Made by a program: the position numbers and the translations under genes
Shown: positions 1 through 16,870 of the stretch, in pieces
How positions within the stretch are numbered: the stretch's first letter is position 1
How the letters are laid out: each line of letters opens with the position of its first letter
Source of the DNA: the human T2T-CHM13v2.0 reference genome, Homo sapiens
Direction: 5' to 3' (one strand)
NCBI RefSeq assembly: GCF_009914755.1
Contig: NC_060943.1
Length of the DNA: 64,000 nucleotides
The notes under the pieces: model-generated
The model's database searches: none
What the model was told of the DNA's origin: nothing
Seen by the model: the letters and a program-made list of their open reading frames with translations, nothing else

Positions 1-656
1 CTGACTTCCCCAGCCCCTCCCAGTAAAGTTTTCTGAATTACTTGCAGTCAATTCAGACTATACCAGATGAAGTGTTTCTGATCATCCCCTTGGCTCTTTG
101 TAGAAGCAAATACCCAGAATGGCCATGTCACAGCTCCCATATGTTCTCCCACGTCCCCTGCCACATATGGTGACACATGGCCACGGACTGCAGGCCCGAA
201 GGTTATTTTCATCATGGCAGTGTTCCTCTTTGGCCCACATCCCTAACCTGGGATCAAGTTACTGTGGTCTGGGTCAAAGCTGGCAGCCCACAAGGTTTTA
301 TAGAGAGATGCTGGAGTATTGAGATGCCAGAGCAGGACTGAAGTTAAAACATTACACAGGAGGCCAGAGGAAAAAAAAGGGATTTGTCCAAAATCACAGA
401 AGAGAAATGAGATTATTTTCAGTCACACTCAGGAGCTTGCTGATCCTGACAATAACCCTGACGCTGTGCTTGGCAATGCCCTCTCATCGGGGGCATCGGG
501 GGCTAAGCACAGAAGGCACATGTTCCTGAGTGTTGTCTGCATCGATGTGGTTACATGATTCCAGATGGAAACAAATAATCTATTCTTTAATAATCTGCCC
601 TCTTTTAAGACTGGCCCTACTTGATCTCCTGTCCCCACTTAGAAGCTCACACCCCA

Positions 657-776
657 GCTGCTCAGGAGAATGGCGTGAACCCGGAAGGCGGAGCTTGCAG
701 TGAACAGAGATCGCGCCACTGCACGCCAGCCTGGGTGACAGAGCAAGACTCCGTCTCAAAAAAAAAAAAAAAAAAA
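657..776 (+). mobile_element. 5'-truncated AluY right-arm fragment
   Basis: GGAGAATGGCGTGAACCCGGAAGGCGGAGCTTGCAGTG (AluY diagnostic), pure poly(A); 16-bp TSD AGAAGCTCACACCCCA at 641-656 and 777-792. Confidence 0.9.
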
Positions 777-1277
777 AGAAGCTCACACCCCACCCCAGAG
801 CAGCTCCATCAGGAAGAAGTTATACACTTCTTGTATAACTTCCTGGATTATAAAATGTGGCAGCTGCCTGCCGATACAGTGCAAATGAATGCAAATCAGT
901 TGCCAAATGAAATTGGAAAAATCTTGCACCTTCTATAAGATTTGCAAAGTCAGTGAAAGTGACAAGGGAAATGCCTTGAATCCCACGCAAATCACTGACA
1001 AATGAGGATAACGCAGAGTTACGGTAGTTAGTGCAGAAGAAAAAACCACAAAGCGATGATTTGACCACAGGCAAGCTTCAGAAGCAAAAGAGGCCTGCAG
1101 GAGCTCTTGGAAAAAATGGAAAAGTCTTCAAACATTTGGCTGAGGAGATCCTCCTAGGACTGTAGTTACGAGTTAGGCAGTTGTTAATAAGACTTTCAGA
1201 AAAATTGATTTGTTCTGTAGTACATGATTGCAACTAAAACAAAGATTGTTTTAAACATAAGATAAAATAAACAAGTG

Positions 1278-1440
1278 TTTTTTTTCAACTTATATTTGAA
1301 GTTCAGGGACACATGTGCAGGACGTGCAGGTTTGTTACATAGGCAAATGTGTGCCATGGTGGTTTGCTACACAGATCACCCCATCCCTAGGTATTAAGCC
1401 CAGCATCTATTAGCTATTCTTCCTGAGGCCCTCCCTCCCA
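1278..1440 (-). mobile_element. L1PA 3'-end fragment
   Basis: ACATGTGCAGGACGTGCAGGTTTGTTACATAGG...CTAGGTATTAAGCCCAGCAT is the reverse L1PA 3'UTR; TSD ACAAGTGTTT on both sides. Confidence 0.85.
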
Positions 1441-1556
1441 CAAGTGTTTAATCAAATCTTTTTTATTAAACTTATTATGAAATATTGTTCCATTTTAAAT
1501 GGATTCCCTTTTAAAAGACCTTTTCTAGTGCTGCTAGCCTGACAAGTGAGCCCACT

Positions 1557-1592
1557 GTGTGTGTTGTGTACGTGCGTGTGTGCGTGTGTGTT
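1557..1592. repeat. imperfect (TG)n/(CGTG)n microsatellite
   Basis: direct reading. Confidence 0.7.
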
Positions 1593-2269
1593 TGCACGCT
1601 TACACATCTTCCTGTGTGCAGCCTGCATGCAGCAGTCCCCTTGCCTTCCAGCCACATACCGTCAAGACATGGGCTGAGGTTACCGGCTGCATGTTATATT
1701 GAACAAATTAGCAAATGAAGCTGGTATCCACACAGTGCCATTTCTCAGTCACCATCCCCAGAAGAGTATTTTGTATTTTATTTCCAGGAATGGGGCATAA
1801 GTTCACAGGAATACTTTCCCCTCCTCCCCCAGTGTTCCTTAAAAAAATCATGCTTTGTGTTTGTACCTTGCACTTTCAGCTTTGCTGAAGGGCTTACCTG
1901 GCATTATCCATTTTTACCCCACAACAACCTTGTGAGAGTTTCCAGCAGGAGGTATCAGCCCCATCAGACAGGCCGAGGTAAAGAAAGGCTCTGTCCAGCA
2001 GACCCAGTTCCTCTCCACCCTCAAGGCTTCTGCCTCCCAGACCAAGCACCTGTGATCCTGCCCTGTCAGTCCTGCACTTAAACTGACAGCTCTGACGCTC
2101 TGGGGTCAGCTTGCATTACGCCTATCACCTCCATAGCTCAGCTCCATAGTGTGATGCTACTCAGCAACCCAACACGTTAAGATGGGGGCGCAGAAAACCT
2201 GAACACACAGAGAGAATCTACCGTAATGAAGAGCAGGACATTATAGTGGACAACAACAGGATTAAGCAC

Positions 2270-2500
2270 CAAATTAGAAGCCAGAAGTGGGAAGTTCCCA
2301 TTCCAGCCTCACTCCTCACTAGTTGTGTGACTGACTTCAGAGAGCAGGTCATTCGGCCATCCTCAGCCTCAGTTTCCTTGCATTTGAATTGAAAATCATT
2401 TTTAAAAATGTGTATCTTATTTAGTTCTAGAAAGGGCCTTAGTATTAAAATCTCAGCCCTGTATTGAATTATACAAGAGTGTTTGAGGAGCAAATGAGCT
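2270..2500 (+). mobile_element. MIR SINE fragment
   Basis: MIR core-like CTCAGTTTCCTTGCATTTG and TGTGTGACT; boundaries approximate. Confidence 0.6.
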
Positions 2501-3014
2501 CATGGAAATCTTTTAAATTATGACCCTAAAAAATGAGATGAAGGGTCATTGTTATCTACAAAAGACACTAAAAATCTCATTTATGCCCAAATAACCAACT
2601 CTTCTTTAAGCAAAAGCATATTTGAGACCCAATCATTTTATTAGCAATAGTAAAAATCAAATGAAAAGAAAACCTCCACTGTCATACAAACCCAGTCAAT
2701 GCATCCTTTTCTTTTTGTACGTCTTCTATCTCATTCCCTGTTCACAGTTAATCTGACTTAATTTAATTATAATCGCAGCATATATTATATTGTGATTTCT
2801 GCATTTACCCATGTTGTCATATCACCCACCAACAAAAACAGAAAAAGGCAAAATATGTAAATATAATTTCTCATTTCCACATCTGATGCCCAATCTCTTT
2901 CCATAGACAAACATAGGGTAAAACGTCCTTGGAATTGATGTCCTATAAGACGGAGATAAGGAGAAAGGCCTGGTTGGCTATTGAACCTCTACAGCTATCT
3001 CATAAAACACTTTA

Positions 3015-3197
3015 AAATGGCAGAAATATTTTTATCCATATCAGCCCATGTGGCAGCCACTAGCCATGTAAGACCCGTGAGCACTTGAATGTGGCAGGTG
3101 CAACTGAGGAACTGGACATTTAATTCTATACACTTTTAATTTATTTACATTTAAATCAGCACATGTGGGTAGCGGCCACTCTATTGGACAGCACAGG
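3015..3197. mobile_element. MER3-like hAT-Charlie MITE
   Basis: GGCAGCCACTAGCCATGT...GAGCACTTGAATGTGGC...ATTGGACAGCACAG, with the internal inverted structure typical of MER3. Confidence 0.75.
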
Positions 3198-3199
3198 AG

Positions 3200-3740
3200 T
3201 GCCTGGCTGAGCAGAGAGCTGGCTGAGTTTCAGCAGGAGATCCGAGCACAGACCAGGTTCCCACTCAGTGCCAGGGTCCCTGAGGCCCAAGACTCTGCAC
3301 CCACCCAGGCATACTTGTCCTTTGTCACTTTCTGGCTGCCTAGTGTTCATTTCCCCTTCTAAAAGCAGCTGGATTTCATTTGGTGACCTACTCTTTTCAT
3401 GTCATGTCCTTGAGGCAAACCTCCCCAGCATCTTGTCTCTCACTGAAGAGAGTAAAAGGGGACTCCTTACTCTTTGGGAATGGGTCTGTGGCCCAAGCCC
3501 CCTACCCAGATGGTTCCTCCAGGACTTTGAGTACTTAGAATCCAGAATCACTCGAGTTGTCCTCTGCAGTGGCAGCAGTGGCCACATGTTGCCAGCCACA
3601 TGGAGGGGACGAAGATTTCCCATCCTTGGGCATCTTGAGCTTCCCAAACCCGTTTCTTCAGCCCACATTATATGTCCCATAAATCCCTTTTAACATAGAT
3701 TATTCAGACACTGTTGTTTGCAGGGTAGGAACCCTAACAG
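3200..3740. mobile_element. old MaLR (MLT1-type) LTR remnant
   Basis: ATAAATCCCTTTT and MLT1-like terminus; highly diverged. Confidence 0.4.
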
Positions 3741-4929
3741 GCCCCAAAGATGAGCCAGGGATGGTTCTGATCATTCTCCCTGTGTGTCCTCAACCCAGAT
3801 GTGCTCCAGGAACTTCCTCACTCTCATTTCCATTCTTCCCCTGGTATAGTCTGCTCACCCAGAACTGATAGCATGGCTGTTTAGGTTTTCAGCCTGAAGC
3901 ACACTGAAGGCAAATGGTGCGACAGGTTTTTCTTTTTGGGAAAAGTGCGTCTCCCCACTTTGAATCTCAGCATGACCAATATCTGTCTAGGGGCCTGCTG
4001 TTCATGGATGGATGTGCTAATTCAGAGTCAGCTGAGAAGCCCACCTCAACCTCCAAAAGCTTTTCACCTGGACTCCCCACCACCCCCTAGCACCAGCCCA
4101 TAAACATCTTATTTAAGCCAAGGAAACTCTATACTGGAGGCTGGAGGGATCTCTTGAAGAGCTTGTACATCTGCTTGAATGCTCAAAGGATCAGCCAGGA
4201 CCAAAGTATATACACTACCAGACGAAAGTATCCCTTCAAAGGACTCGCACTCTGCTAGAGGAGCACATTCCCAAGACTCCACTTCACTCATTTCATCTGC
4301 GCAGCAGAACCCAGCAAGGCAAGCCACTCCGCTTTTCATATCCTGACATTCTGAAGGCAAGTGCTGATTACCAACAGCGCAACCGTGAAACAGCACCACG
4401 GGGAACACTTTTTAACATATCTACCTAATTAGCCCCTTATAAAGTGTAATGTGATTTCTTGCCTCATCTTGTCATTAGTTTCATGAGAGTCTTTAAGAAA
4501 TGACAGAGTCAGAAGGGAGAAGAAAGAGGCATGTCACACCCAACTCCATGTGCTTCCTGAATGGCCCAACTGTCCTTGAATTTAGCAAGGTGCACATGAA
4601 GCGCCCCCGAGCTTGGCACAAGGGCTTGACTGCTTTAACAGAGCTGTGGGAAGAGTTCCCCCAAGCAACTTACATGCTCATGAAGATAATGCATAGACCC
4701 CAATAACTGCATGCTCCATTCCAAAATAGCTTTGGAGAAATAAGCACCGATGTAGCCATAAGGAAAATTACGTTCAAGTCTCAGCCAATTCATTTATAAA
4801 TCTGTACCTTGGGAAAGCCATACCCAGTAAGTCTACTCATGGGCCTACAGCATGTTGATAAGGCCATGAGAAGATGACCGTAAAAGTGTGTATCACAGTC
4901 ATTGCTAATATGTATTGAGCGTTTTACTA

Positions 4930-5270
4930 GATGCAAAGCATCTTTGGGATGATTTCTTTATAACACAGTCAACATGGTCAAAACCATTCATTCATTCTGA
5001 TTCAAATGTCAGGGACAGTCTCCCTAAAAGCAACATATTCGGAGAGGTCTTGCCTCATCCCCTGATCAAAAATTGGCCTCTTCTTTCATTCTCTCTTCTT
5101 AGTCCTTGAAACAGTTAGAGTCATATCTCATGTTAAGGATTTGGCTTTTTAATTCCCATCTCCCCCATCAGATTGTAAACTCTGCAAGGCAAAGACCACG
5201 TCTGTTTTGTTCACCCGATTTCTTAACATAAATCCTGCCATCTAAATGGTGATGAATAAATATTAAAATG
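4930..5270. mobile_element. L2 3' fragment
   Basis: AGATTGTAAACTCTGCAAGGCAAAGACCACGTCTGTTTTGTTCAC...AATAAATATT, typical of the L2 3' end. Confidence 0.65.
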
Positions 5271-5713
5271 ATGACTGCCTGCTTTGTAGGCGAGAGAACT
5301 TCCAGAAGACCCCCACCATGGCAGATAAACTGTCTATATTTAAAGAAGAGAGCTGCAGAGTGAGACTCCTTAAACTACTGCCTTTTATTTCAAGCATTCC
5401 ATACAGTAGGGACACAGCCATAAAGAGGACGCACTCTATTGATTGAAGAGTATATTAGTGGGAGAATTAAATTCATGCTCCTGGATTATGTTAATAATAT
5501 TATTTCCTACTAACACATCTGATTACTGTAGATTTCAATATATAATATTAGTCTTCTTAGAATCAACATTAGGTATGATGATGTTAGCTATAATGACTTT
5601 AGCTAGATTCTTTTATTCGCTTAACACAGATTAATCAAATGCCTCGTGTGTAGCAGGCACCATGTTGGTCCCAAGTAGTATTTGCAAAAAAAATGACTGA
5701 ACTTTATTCTTAG

Positions 5714-6064
<351 letters not shown>

Positions 6065-6149
6065 TATTCTTAGGGTTTTGGATAACAGTCTGAACACCAA
6101 TATCATATACCTTATACCACCTGCTCACCATCCCATTCTCACTCTGTTT

Positions 6150-10190
<4,041 letters not shown>

Positions 10191-10359
10191 ACCCAAAAGG
10201 GGCAAGAGAACTCAAATAATATATCACTAAATAGTAATAATACTTATCAATGGAAAGATAAAAGATTATGTCAAATGGAAAAATACACATGGTATTCTGC
10301 TAATGTGTAGAACATAAAGTTCTATCAATCCCAACACTACAAAATAATACTTATATAGC

Positions 10360-10850
10360 TAGGTTTGTCATAGTTGAAAGCAACCAGGCCAATTTCAACA
10401 GAAAAACAATTTAATTGAGAATATTCGGAAATTCACGTACATGTTCGGAGGCTTAGGGAACCAAAATGAGGGACAGCATAAACACTGCCCCAAATGACAC
10501 AGAGAATGGTTTGACCTGCCACTGGCCCTGGACATCTCCACCATCATTGCTGCCTCTGAAAACCTTTCTTGCTAAAACTGCCAATTCTTCCAGAGAGAGG
10601 AGGCCCCCAGAGCCATGTTGTTGGTGGATGGGGGCTTCTGAGTGACAGGGCCCATGCACATGGCTGTGCCCTAGTGACAAGAGAGGCAGAAAAAATCAGG
10701 CACTGACTCATCTCTTCATAAAGTGGGGAAGAATGCAGACAAGGCAGAGACTCAGATGTGGGGTAGCCAAGGAGAACAACCAGTATGGATTGCACTGGCA
10801 CATGGAGATGGGCGAGAATCCCTGGCAAGAGCAGCAATGCTTATTGGACT
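10360..10850. mobile_element. old MaLR (MLT1-type) LTR remnant
   Basis: diverged MLT1-like terminus and body; weak recall-based match. Confidence 0.4.
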
Positions 10851-10938
10851 AGATGGGAACAGGGAAAGTTTGACCTTATATTTCTTTGTTATTCTGATAT
10901 TGTTTTGCAATAAAGCCACTTAAGCAAATGGCTTAAGG

Positions 10939-11230
10939 AGGCTGAGTGCAGTGGCTCACGCCTGTAATTCCAGCACTTTGTGAGGTTGAGGTGGCAGGAT
11001 TGTCTGAACTCAAGAGTTCAAGACCAGCCTGGGCAACAAAGCAAGAACCCACCTCTACACACACACACACACACAAATTTAATTAACTGGGTGTGGTGGT
11101 GCATACTTGCAGTCCTGGTTACTCGGGAGGCTTAGGTGGGAGGATCGGTTGAACCCAGGAATTCAAAGCTGCAGTGAGCTATGATCACACCATTTCTCTC
11201 CAGCCTGGGCAATAGAGCAAGACCTTATCT
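10939..11230 (+). mobile_element. AluJ with (CA)n in the central linker
   Basis: Alu body; (CA)n at ~11058-11075; followed by a T-run rather than poly(A). Confidence 0.9.
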
Positions 11231-12003
11231 TTTTTTTTTTAAGGCTTAAAATAAGAGAAAATAAAGAAAGACAATAACCAAACCCCATTCAAGTGCTGCC
11301 TGCCCCTGAAGCCCAGCGTGGGTTGGTGGCAGGCGCCCTGAGCTTGAGGCCTGATTGTGGAGTGCAGGCATCAGACTCAGAGGGCCTGGGAGGCTCTGGA
11401 GCTTTCATCAGTTCACAAACCTCTGTCACAGCCTGATAACAAAGTTGTGGAAACTGCAACAAAGAATCAGAAAAAATGGGGAATTGGGAAATCACAGCAA
11501 ATATTTTTCCCATGCTCTCAAATAACAGAAAGTTTACTGAAACAGATCACTTTCATCATGAAAACTGCAGTGAACTAGCTCAAGAGACATGCAGCAGCTC
11601 ACAGTGTGTGCTTTGAGTAGACTTTCCTGGAAGAAGCAGCACCTCCTAGAACACAAATTCTAGCTTCATCGTCCTGGGTCAGCTTTCTTGGGACCCGGGG
11701 GACAAACTCCATTAACTTTTCCTCCTGGCTTTGCATTGCCAAACAGAACTTCTGGTCAACCTCCTTTCAGTCCCAGCGACCTCACAATGTCAATGGCCTC
11801 CAAGGGTAGCAGTGCTTGTTCTGGCAGCTTCTCCATGTGGAAATGGTCTTTAGAATCCTGGAAGGAAATCATTTTATGAAGCATGCATACCGTGAGAACA
11901 CCTGACCCACAGTCCTAGGCTCAGTCAGAATCTACCCTCTGAAAAAAAATGTTTCTTCTCTGGAGCGTGGGTGTAACATAAGCATCTACTGAATGCCAGA
12001 TAG

Positions 12004-12330
12004 TTTTATATTTTTTATATTTTAATTTTTTTAGAGACAGGGTATCACTCTGTTGCCCAGGCTAGGGTGCAATAGTGCAATCATAGCTCAATGCAGCCTC
12101 AACCTCCTGTGCTCAAGCGATCCTCCTGCCTTAGCCTCCCGAGTAGCTGGAATTACAGGTGTGTACAATCATGCCTGGCTAGTTTAAACTTATAAAAAAA
12201 AAATTAAAAAAAAAGATATGAGGTTTGGCTATGTTGCCCAGGCTGGTCTTGACCTCCTGTCCTCAAGTAATCCTCTCACCTCAGCCTCCAAAAGTGCTGT
12301 GATTACAGGTGTGAGCCGCCACGCCCAGCC
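12004..12330 (-). mobile_element. AluJ
   Basis: reverse Alu with J-type diagnostics (ATCATAGCTCA..GCAGCCTC, CTCAAGCGATCCTCC). Confidence 0.9.
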
Positions 12331-13848
12331 AGCAGGCAGTGGTGACATATAGGAGTCAGATAAGAAGTGAACAAGACAGACTAGGATCTCCACGAGGTGG
12401 TGGCTTTGTCTGACTGACTGAGATTGATGCAGTAATGATACCCAAAGGGGAAACTGATGAAGTAAAATGAGGGGGGGTGGGCAGTTTCACTCACCTTGTC
12501 TCCTTCTGGCAGCCAAGAGGGAGAGGTGGGCAGCACCGGGAGGCCGGGATGGTTTTGCTCAGGGCCCTGACTGCCTGAACTGCTTCTCTAAATAACCTGA
12601 GGCCTCTTTCTGCACTCAAGGGCCCCATATCCTCTGATCCCTGTGTTGCTGCACCCGAATCAGCCCAGGCTGGGGCAGCATGGATTCCAGGTGGAGCAGC
12701 TGCTGAGTCCCTGCTAGTTTCTGAGAATAGCTCACAAGAGCAGAGGTGAGATTCTGCAGAGCTTTGTGGGTCTCTAAGCCAGTCATCCATCTTCCTGCCA
12801 CCTTTGGAGCCCTCCAGGGATGAGCAGAACCCATGTTTCATGAACACATAAATTACTCAGTGCTCCGTAATGCACCCTGTAAGCCACAAAGGCCACAGAT
12901 TAAATCATGGCAGTTGTGAGGACAGAGCCTGAGGCTGTGGCTGGACCAGTCTTGTGCAAGTGGCCAAGTGGAGAGGGGTTTCAGGCTCCCGGTGCCAGCC
13001 ACAGCCTCGTCCCTCTTACCCAAGGCCCTTACAATCCCACTGTGTCATTTCCTTTGCACCTGTTGTCACTACACCCTCTCTACTGAGCTGTAGGCATCGC
13101 TACAGGGGCTGTGATGTGGCAGCCGTGTGAGCACAACCTCGCAGCCTGGAGGTGGAGGAAAGAGGACTGGACTCAGAGCCTGAGGACCCGGTCCCATTCC
13201 CACACTCTCCCCAGCTGCCTGTGTGACCTGACCCTCTGTGGACCTTCATTTCCTTGTCTATAAATGCAGGAAGCGGGGAACATAAAGGTCTGCAACACTG
13301 AATGCCTTCCATGGAGGATGCAGCCCCACCAAAGGGCACTTGAGCTCTCTCTCAGTTTGTGCCGCCAAATGACACTCTTCTGTGGGTGAAATTCCGCCAG
13401 CAGCCCCCAGCTACCTCGGAAGCTTTCCACTCCTGACGCTGATCTCAACGGAAACCTTCCTCCAAAAGCAGCATTTTCAGGGCTGGGGTGATCACTGCTG
13501 CGGCAGGGGCCCCACCATGTGACAGAGAGGCCCACGGTGGGCGTGGGGTCTACGGAGCAGTTATAGCTCCTGTCCCTCCAGCCACATCTTTATTCTGAGT
13601 TCAGCCCAACCTTTTCCATGAAGTTTCTATAAAGTTCTTCTGTCACCAGGACAGAAGTTTCTGTGTTTGACCTGGGGCAGATGAATCAGGCAGGAGGACT
13701 GAGGAAGACATCAGGGTTCTCCAGCCACCTTATGGGGGCTCCTGTGAAACAGGAATGGGGATCAACATGTCCCCCCACCTCCTACCCTGGATTGATAAGG
13801 GAATCACCTCTGGTTGTCACATGTCATACAGAGGATGCCTCCTCACTG

Positions 13849-14742
13849 AGATACCGGTGGAGGGTCTTGACTGCCAGGTTCTTGGCATTTTGAACAAAGA
13901 ATTGGACAAAACGCACAGCAAAGCGAGGAAATAATGAGGCAACAAAAGCAGAGATCTATTGAAAATGAAAGCACACTCCACAGGGTGGGAGCGGGTCTAA
14001 GCAGCGGCTCAGTGGCCTTGGTTACAGGATCTTCTGGGGTCCAAATACCCTCTAGAGGTTTTTCTTTGTCCACTTGGTGTACACCCCATGCAAATAAAGT
14101 AGTAGTCTGTCATTAGTGTGATTGGTTGTGGAAAACAACCAATCAGAGGCTGAAGTGAAGTTACAAAGGTCACGTTCTATGTAAACATCTGATTGGTTGT
14201 GGAAAGCAACCAAGAAGCTGAAGTGAAGTTACAAAGATTAGACTCTATGCAAACGTCTGGTTGGTTGTGGAAAGCAACCAGTCAAAGGTACTTTTAATTT
14301 TCCATCTGCCATGAAGAAAGTAAGTCCGCGTGGTGACGGGGGAGGAGGGGAGGTGAAAAGGGAGTAACCTCTGGTTCTTTTGTTACTTAGGTGTGGAAAG
14401 TTGGGGTTTTCCTTTTGATACATATATTTTTTGCTTTTTAATAAGCTTTTTTTAGATCAATTTTAGATTTACAGAAAATTACAGAACTAGTGAAGAGTTC
14501 CCACATACTCCACACCCAGTATCTCACACTGTTAATATCTTATGTTAAAATGGCACATTTGTTACAATTAGTAAACCTATATTGATATATTATTATTAAC
14601 TGAAGTCTACATTTTTTTCCAATTTCCTTAGTTTTTAACCTAATGTCCCCTTTTCTGTTTCAGAATCATTTGATTTAGTTCTAAAAAGTCAGCATAAATC
14701 GGCCTTAGGTTCCCTGTCTACAGCCCCTATTCTCCTGCCTCA
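13849..14742 (-). mobile_element. MER51 solo LTR (ERV1), interrupted by an L1M fragment
   Basis: reverse strand starts TGAGGCAGGAGAATAGGGG..GGGAACCTAAGG, same family as the LTRs at 36727 and 44796; CCAAT repeats; imperfect 4-bp TSD ACTG/ATTG. Confidence 0.85.
14420..14668 (-). mobile_element. ancient L1M (L1MC/MD-type) 3'-end fragment inside the MER51 LTR
   Basis: TTTAGATTTACAGAAAA..GAGTTCCCA..CACCCAGT..ACATTTGTTACAATTA..TATTATTAACT..TAATGTCC..TTCTGTT matches the recalled L1MC-type 3' end; flanked by duplicated TTTGAT. Confidence 0.7.
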
Positions 14743-14798
14743 ATTGTGGCTCAAATACAGAGAACCAGGTTCCCAGGCCATTCAAAAGAAAACAAGCT

Positions 14799-15195
14799 AG
14801 CTAGGCATGGTGGCTTTTGCCTTTAATACTAGCACTTTGGGAGTCTGAGGCAGGAGGATAGCTTGAGGCCAGGAGTTTGAGACCAACCTGGGCCATGTTG
14901 CAAGACCCCCATCTCTACAAAAAATTAAAAATATTAGCCAGGCATGCTACAGGTGGCATGCACCTGTAGTCCTAGCTACTCAGAAGGCTGAAACAAGAGA
15001 ATTATTTGAGCCTGGGAGTTCAAGGCTGCAGTGAGTTATAACTGCAGCACTGCACTTCAGCCTTGGCAACAGAATAAGACCCTGTTGAAAGAAAGAGAGA
15101 GAGCACCAAAGAGAGAGAGAGAGGGAAAGATAGAAAAAGAGAGAGACAGAAAGAAAGAGAAAGAGAGAGAGATAAAAAGGAAAGAAAAGAAAGCA
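14799..15195 (+). mobile_element. AluJ with GA-rich tail
   Basis: Alu body to ~15087, then ~105 bp (GA/GAAA)n purine tract. Confidence 0.9.
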
Positions 15196-15590
15196 CACTA
15201 CACGTGGTAGGATGGGGCACTCACACTCTAGGTTGGCGTGGGCTCAGACTCTTATGCAGCACAGTCATAGCAGAGGGATCCTGCCACGTCCCCTGGAGCT
15301 CCTTTGTGGATTTTGCACCACCTCGCATCCATTCGCGTTTCTCCCTGAAGGGAGGAATTTCTTAGTAGCTGTCTCTCTACTTCCCTCCACCATGCTCTTT
15401 AGAAGGGATCCAGCCCACATTCCAAAAAGGAGCCTGGCCATCTGCATACTGAAGGGGAGGGCATGTGACCCAGGCTATCCCATCACAGTGAATCCCAGGA
15501 ACTGGGCAGAAGCAACTAGGGTCAAGAGAAGTTTTCTCTTTTTTTCTGAGGCTAAGACCAGAATGGTGGTGCTAAGACTAGGAGCAGATC

Positions 15591-16056
15591 TGTATCATAA
15601 AAATTGTTTATTTTACTTATCTTCCTTACTCTTTGTCCTTTTCTCCCTCCACAGATTACTTGCACGTACTCATTTTAATAGAGGGCAGTCACTCATAATT
15701 GATTAACTGCATATCTGGACTCCTGGGTGCTGGTCGCAAGAGTAATCTTTGATTTTCTTTAGAAGAACAATGATCCTTAGGTCATGCAGACCTCCTTAAT
15801 GGTATCTGGAAGTTTGATTGACTGAGGGACACGAACAGCTTCGGTCACCAGGAATCTCACCTCCTGCATACCTCCCTTACACATCAAAGCCCCAGTTGTG
15901 TTCAAAGACAAGTCAGATTGGAGTTTGCCTCTCCCAATCTCACACTTTGGTTGAATCAAATAAACCTTTCTCTCCTCCTAAGCACTGGTGTGTCAGTGTT
16001 TGGCTAACTGCGCATTGAGTACTTGAGTACTGGAACCTAGCGTCTGGGATCCTGCA
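15591..16056 (+). mobile_element. unclassified ERV solo LTR
   Basis: TG...CA ends, AATAAA at ~15959 followed by U5-like GT-rich sequence, ~465 bp; family not securely recognised. Confidence 0.5.
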
Positions 16057-16263
16057 AGACTAGAACCTACGTCTTCCGGCTGCCAGCAACACCTCTTCCT
16101 CTCCATGGAAACAGATGACTTCCTGCAATTCCAGACTCAACCTTTGGAAGACAAAGACCAACCCTGGGTGGCCCAGATTCCTTAGTGACTTTGGAAAGTT
16201 AGCGCCCAGCTTTTAGATCTGGAGACCAAGGAAGATAGAGCAAGCTGAGAGTAACATTCATTC

Positions 16264-16312
16264 ACACACACACATACACACATGCACACGCACACACACA
16301 CACACACACACC
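16264..16312. repeat. (CA)n microsatellite
   Basis: direct reading, interrupted. Confidence 0.9.
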
Positions 16313-16359
16313 AGGCTTGAGGAAAAGAATCCCATGAGAAAAATAATTGCAAGACAGGC

Positions 16360-16580
16360 TTAATAGCTAACATTGACTGAGTGCTTAGTCTTTGCCAGGC
16401 ACTCTGCTCAGCCATTTTACATGCATTTTTTTTTTAATTCTCAATAACCCAGTGATGGGAGCTATTACTGTACCTGTTTTACACATGAAAAACTGAAGCT
16501 CACAGACACTGAGCCCTTTCCCCAAAGCTGCACAGCTACTGAATGGTGTGGCCAGGCTGTCTGACTACAGACCCCACGCA
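16360..16580 (-). mobile_element. MIR
   Basis: CTGTTTTACACATGAAAAACTGAAGCTCACAGA, MIR core. Confidence 0.7.
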
Positions 16581-16719
16581 TATTTTTTCTTTTACAGAAA
16601 GAATAAATAGAAATCATTTGTTGAAATAGCACATTATAGACAACTTCCTGAGTTGCAAATTTTACCCCTCTTTTACTCAGAGATACTTTAAGACTTCTCT
16701 TTTAAGGATTTTAAGTTGC

Positions 16720-16870
16720 TTAGAGTGGAGCTTGTTAAGCTGTACACACACGTGAGTCACTGGGGATCTTGTTAAAATGCAGATTCTGATTTGCAGATGG
16801 GGATGCCCTGAATTCTTGGTCTCTGAGGCCCTCTCAGGTGGGATCTCTGATGGTGGTCTACACACACATC
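16720..16870. mobile_element. MER5 (hAT-Charlie) MITE
   Basis: GGGGATCTTGTTAAAATGCAGATTCTGATT. Confidence 0.7.

Noticed and set aside
816-842. GAAGTTAT...ATAACTTC resembles loxP arms
   Set aside because: Only 8 bp per arm, in reversed arrangement with the wrong spacer; no vector context
4389-4410. REST/RE1-like CAGCACCACGG (another half-site near 52815)
   Set aside because: Left half only; GGACAG half missing
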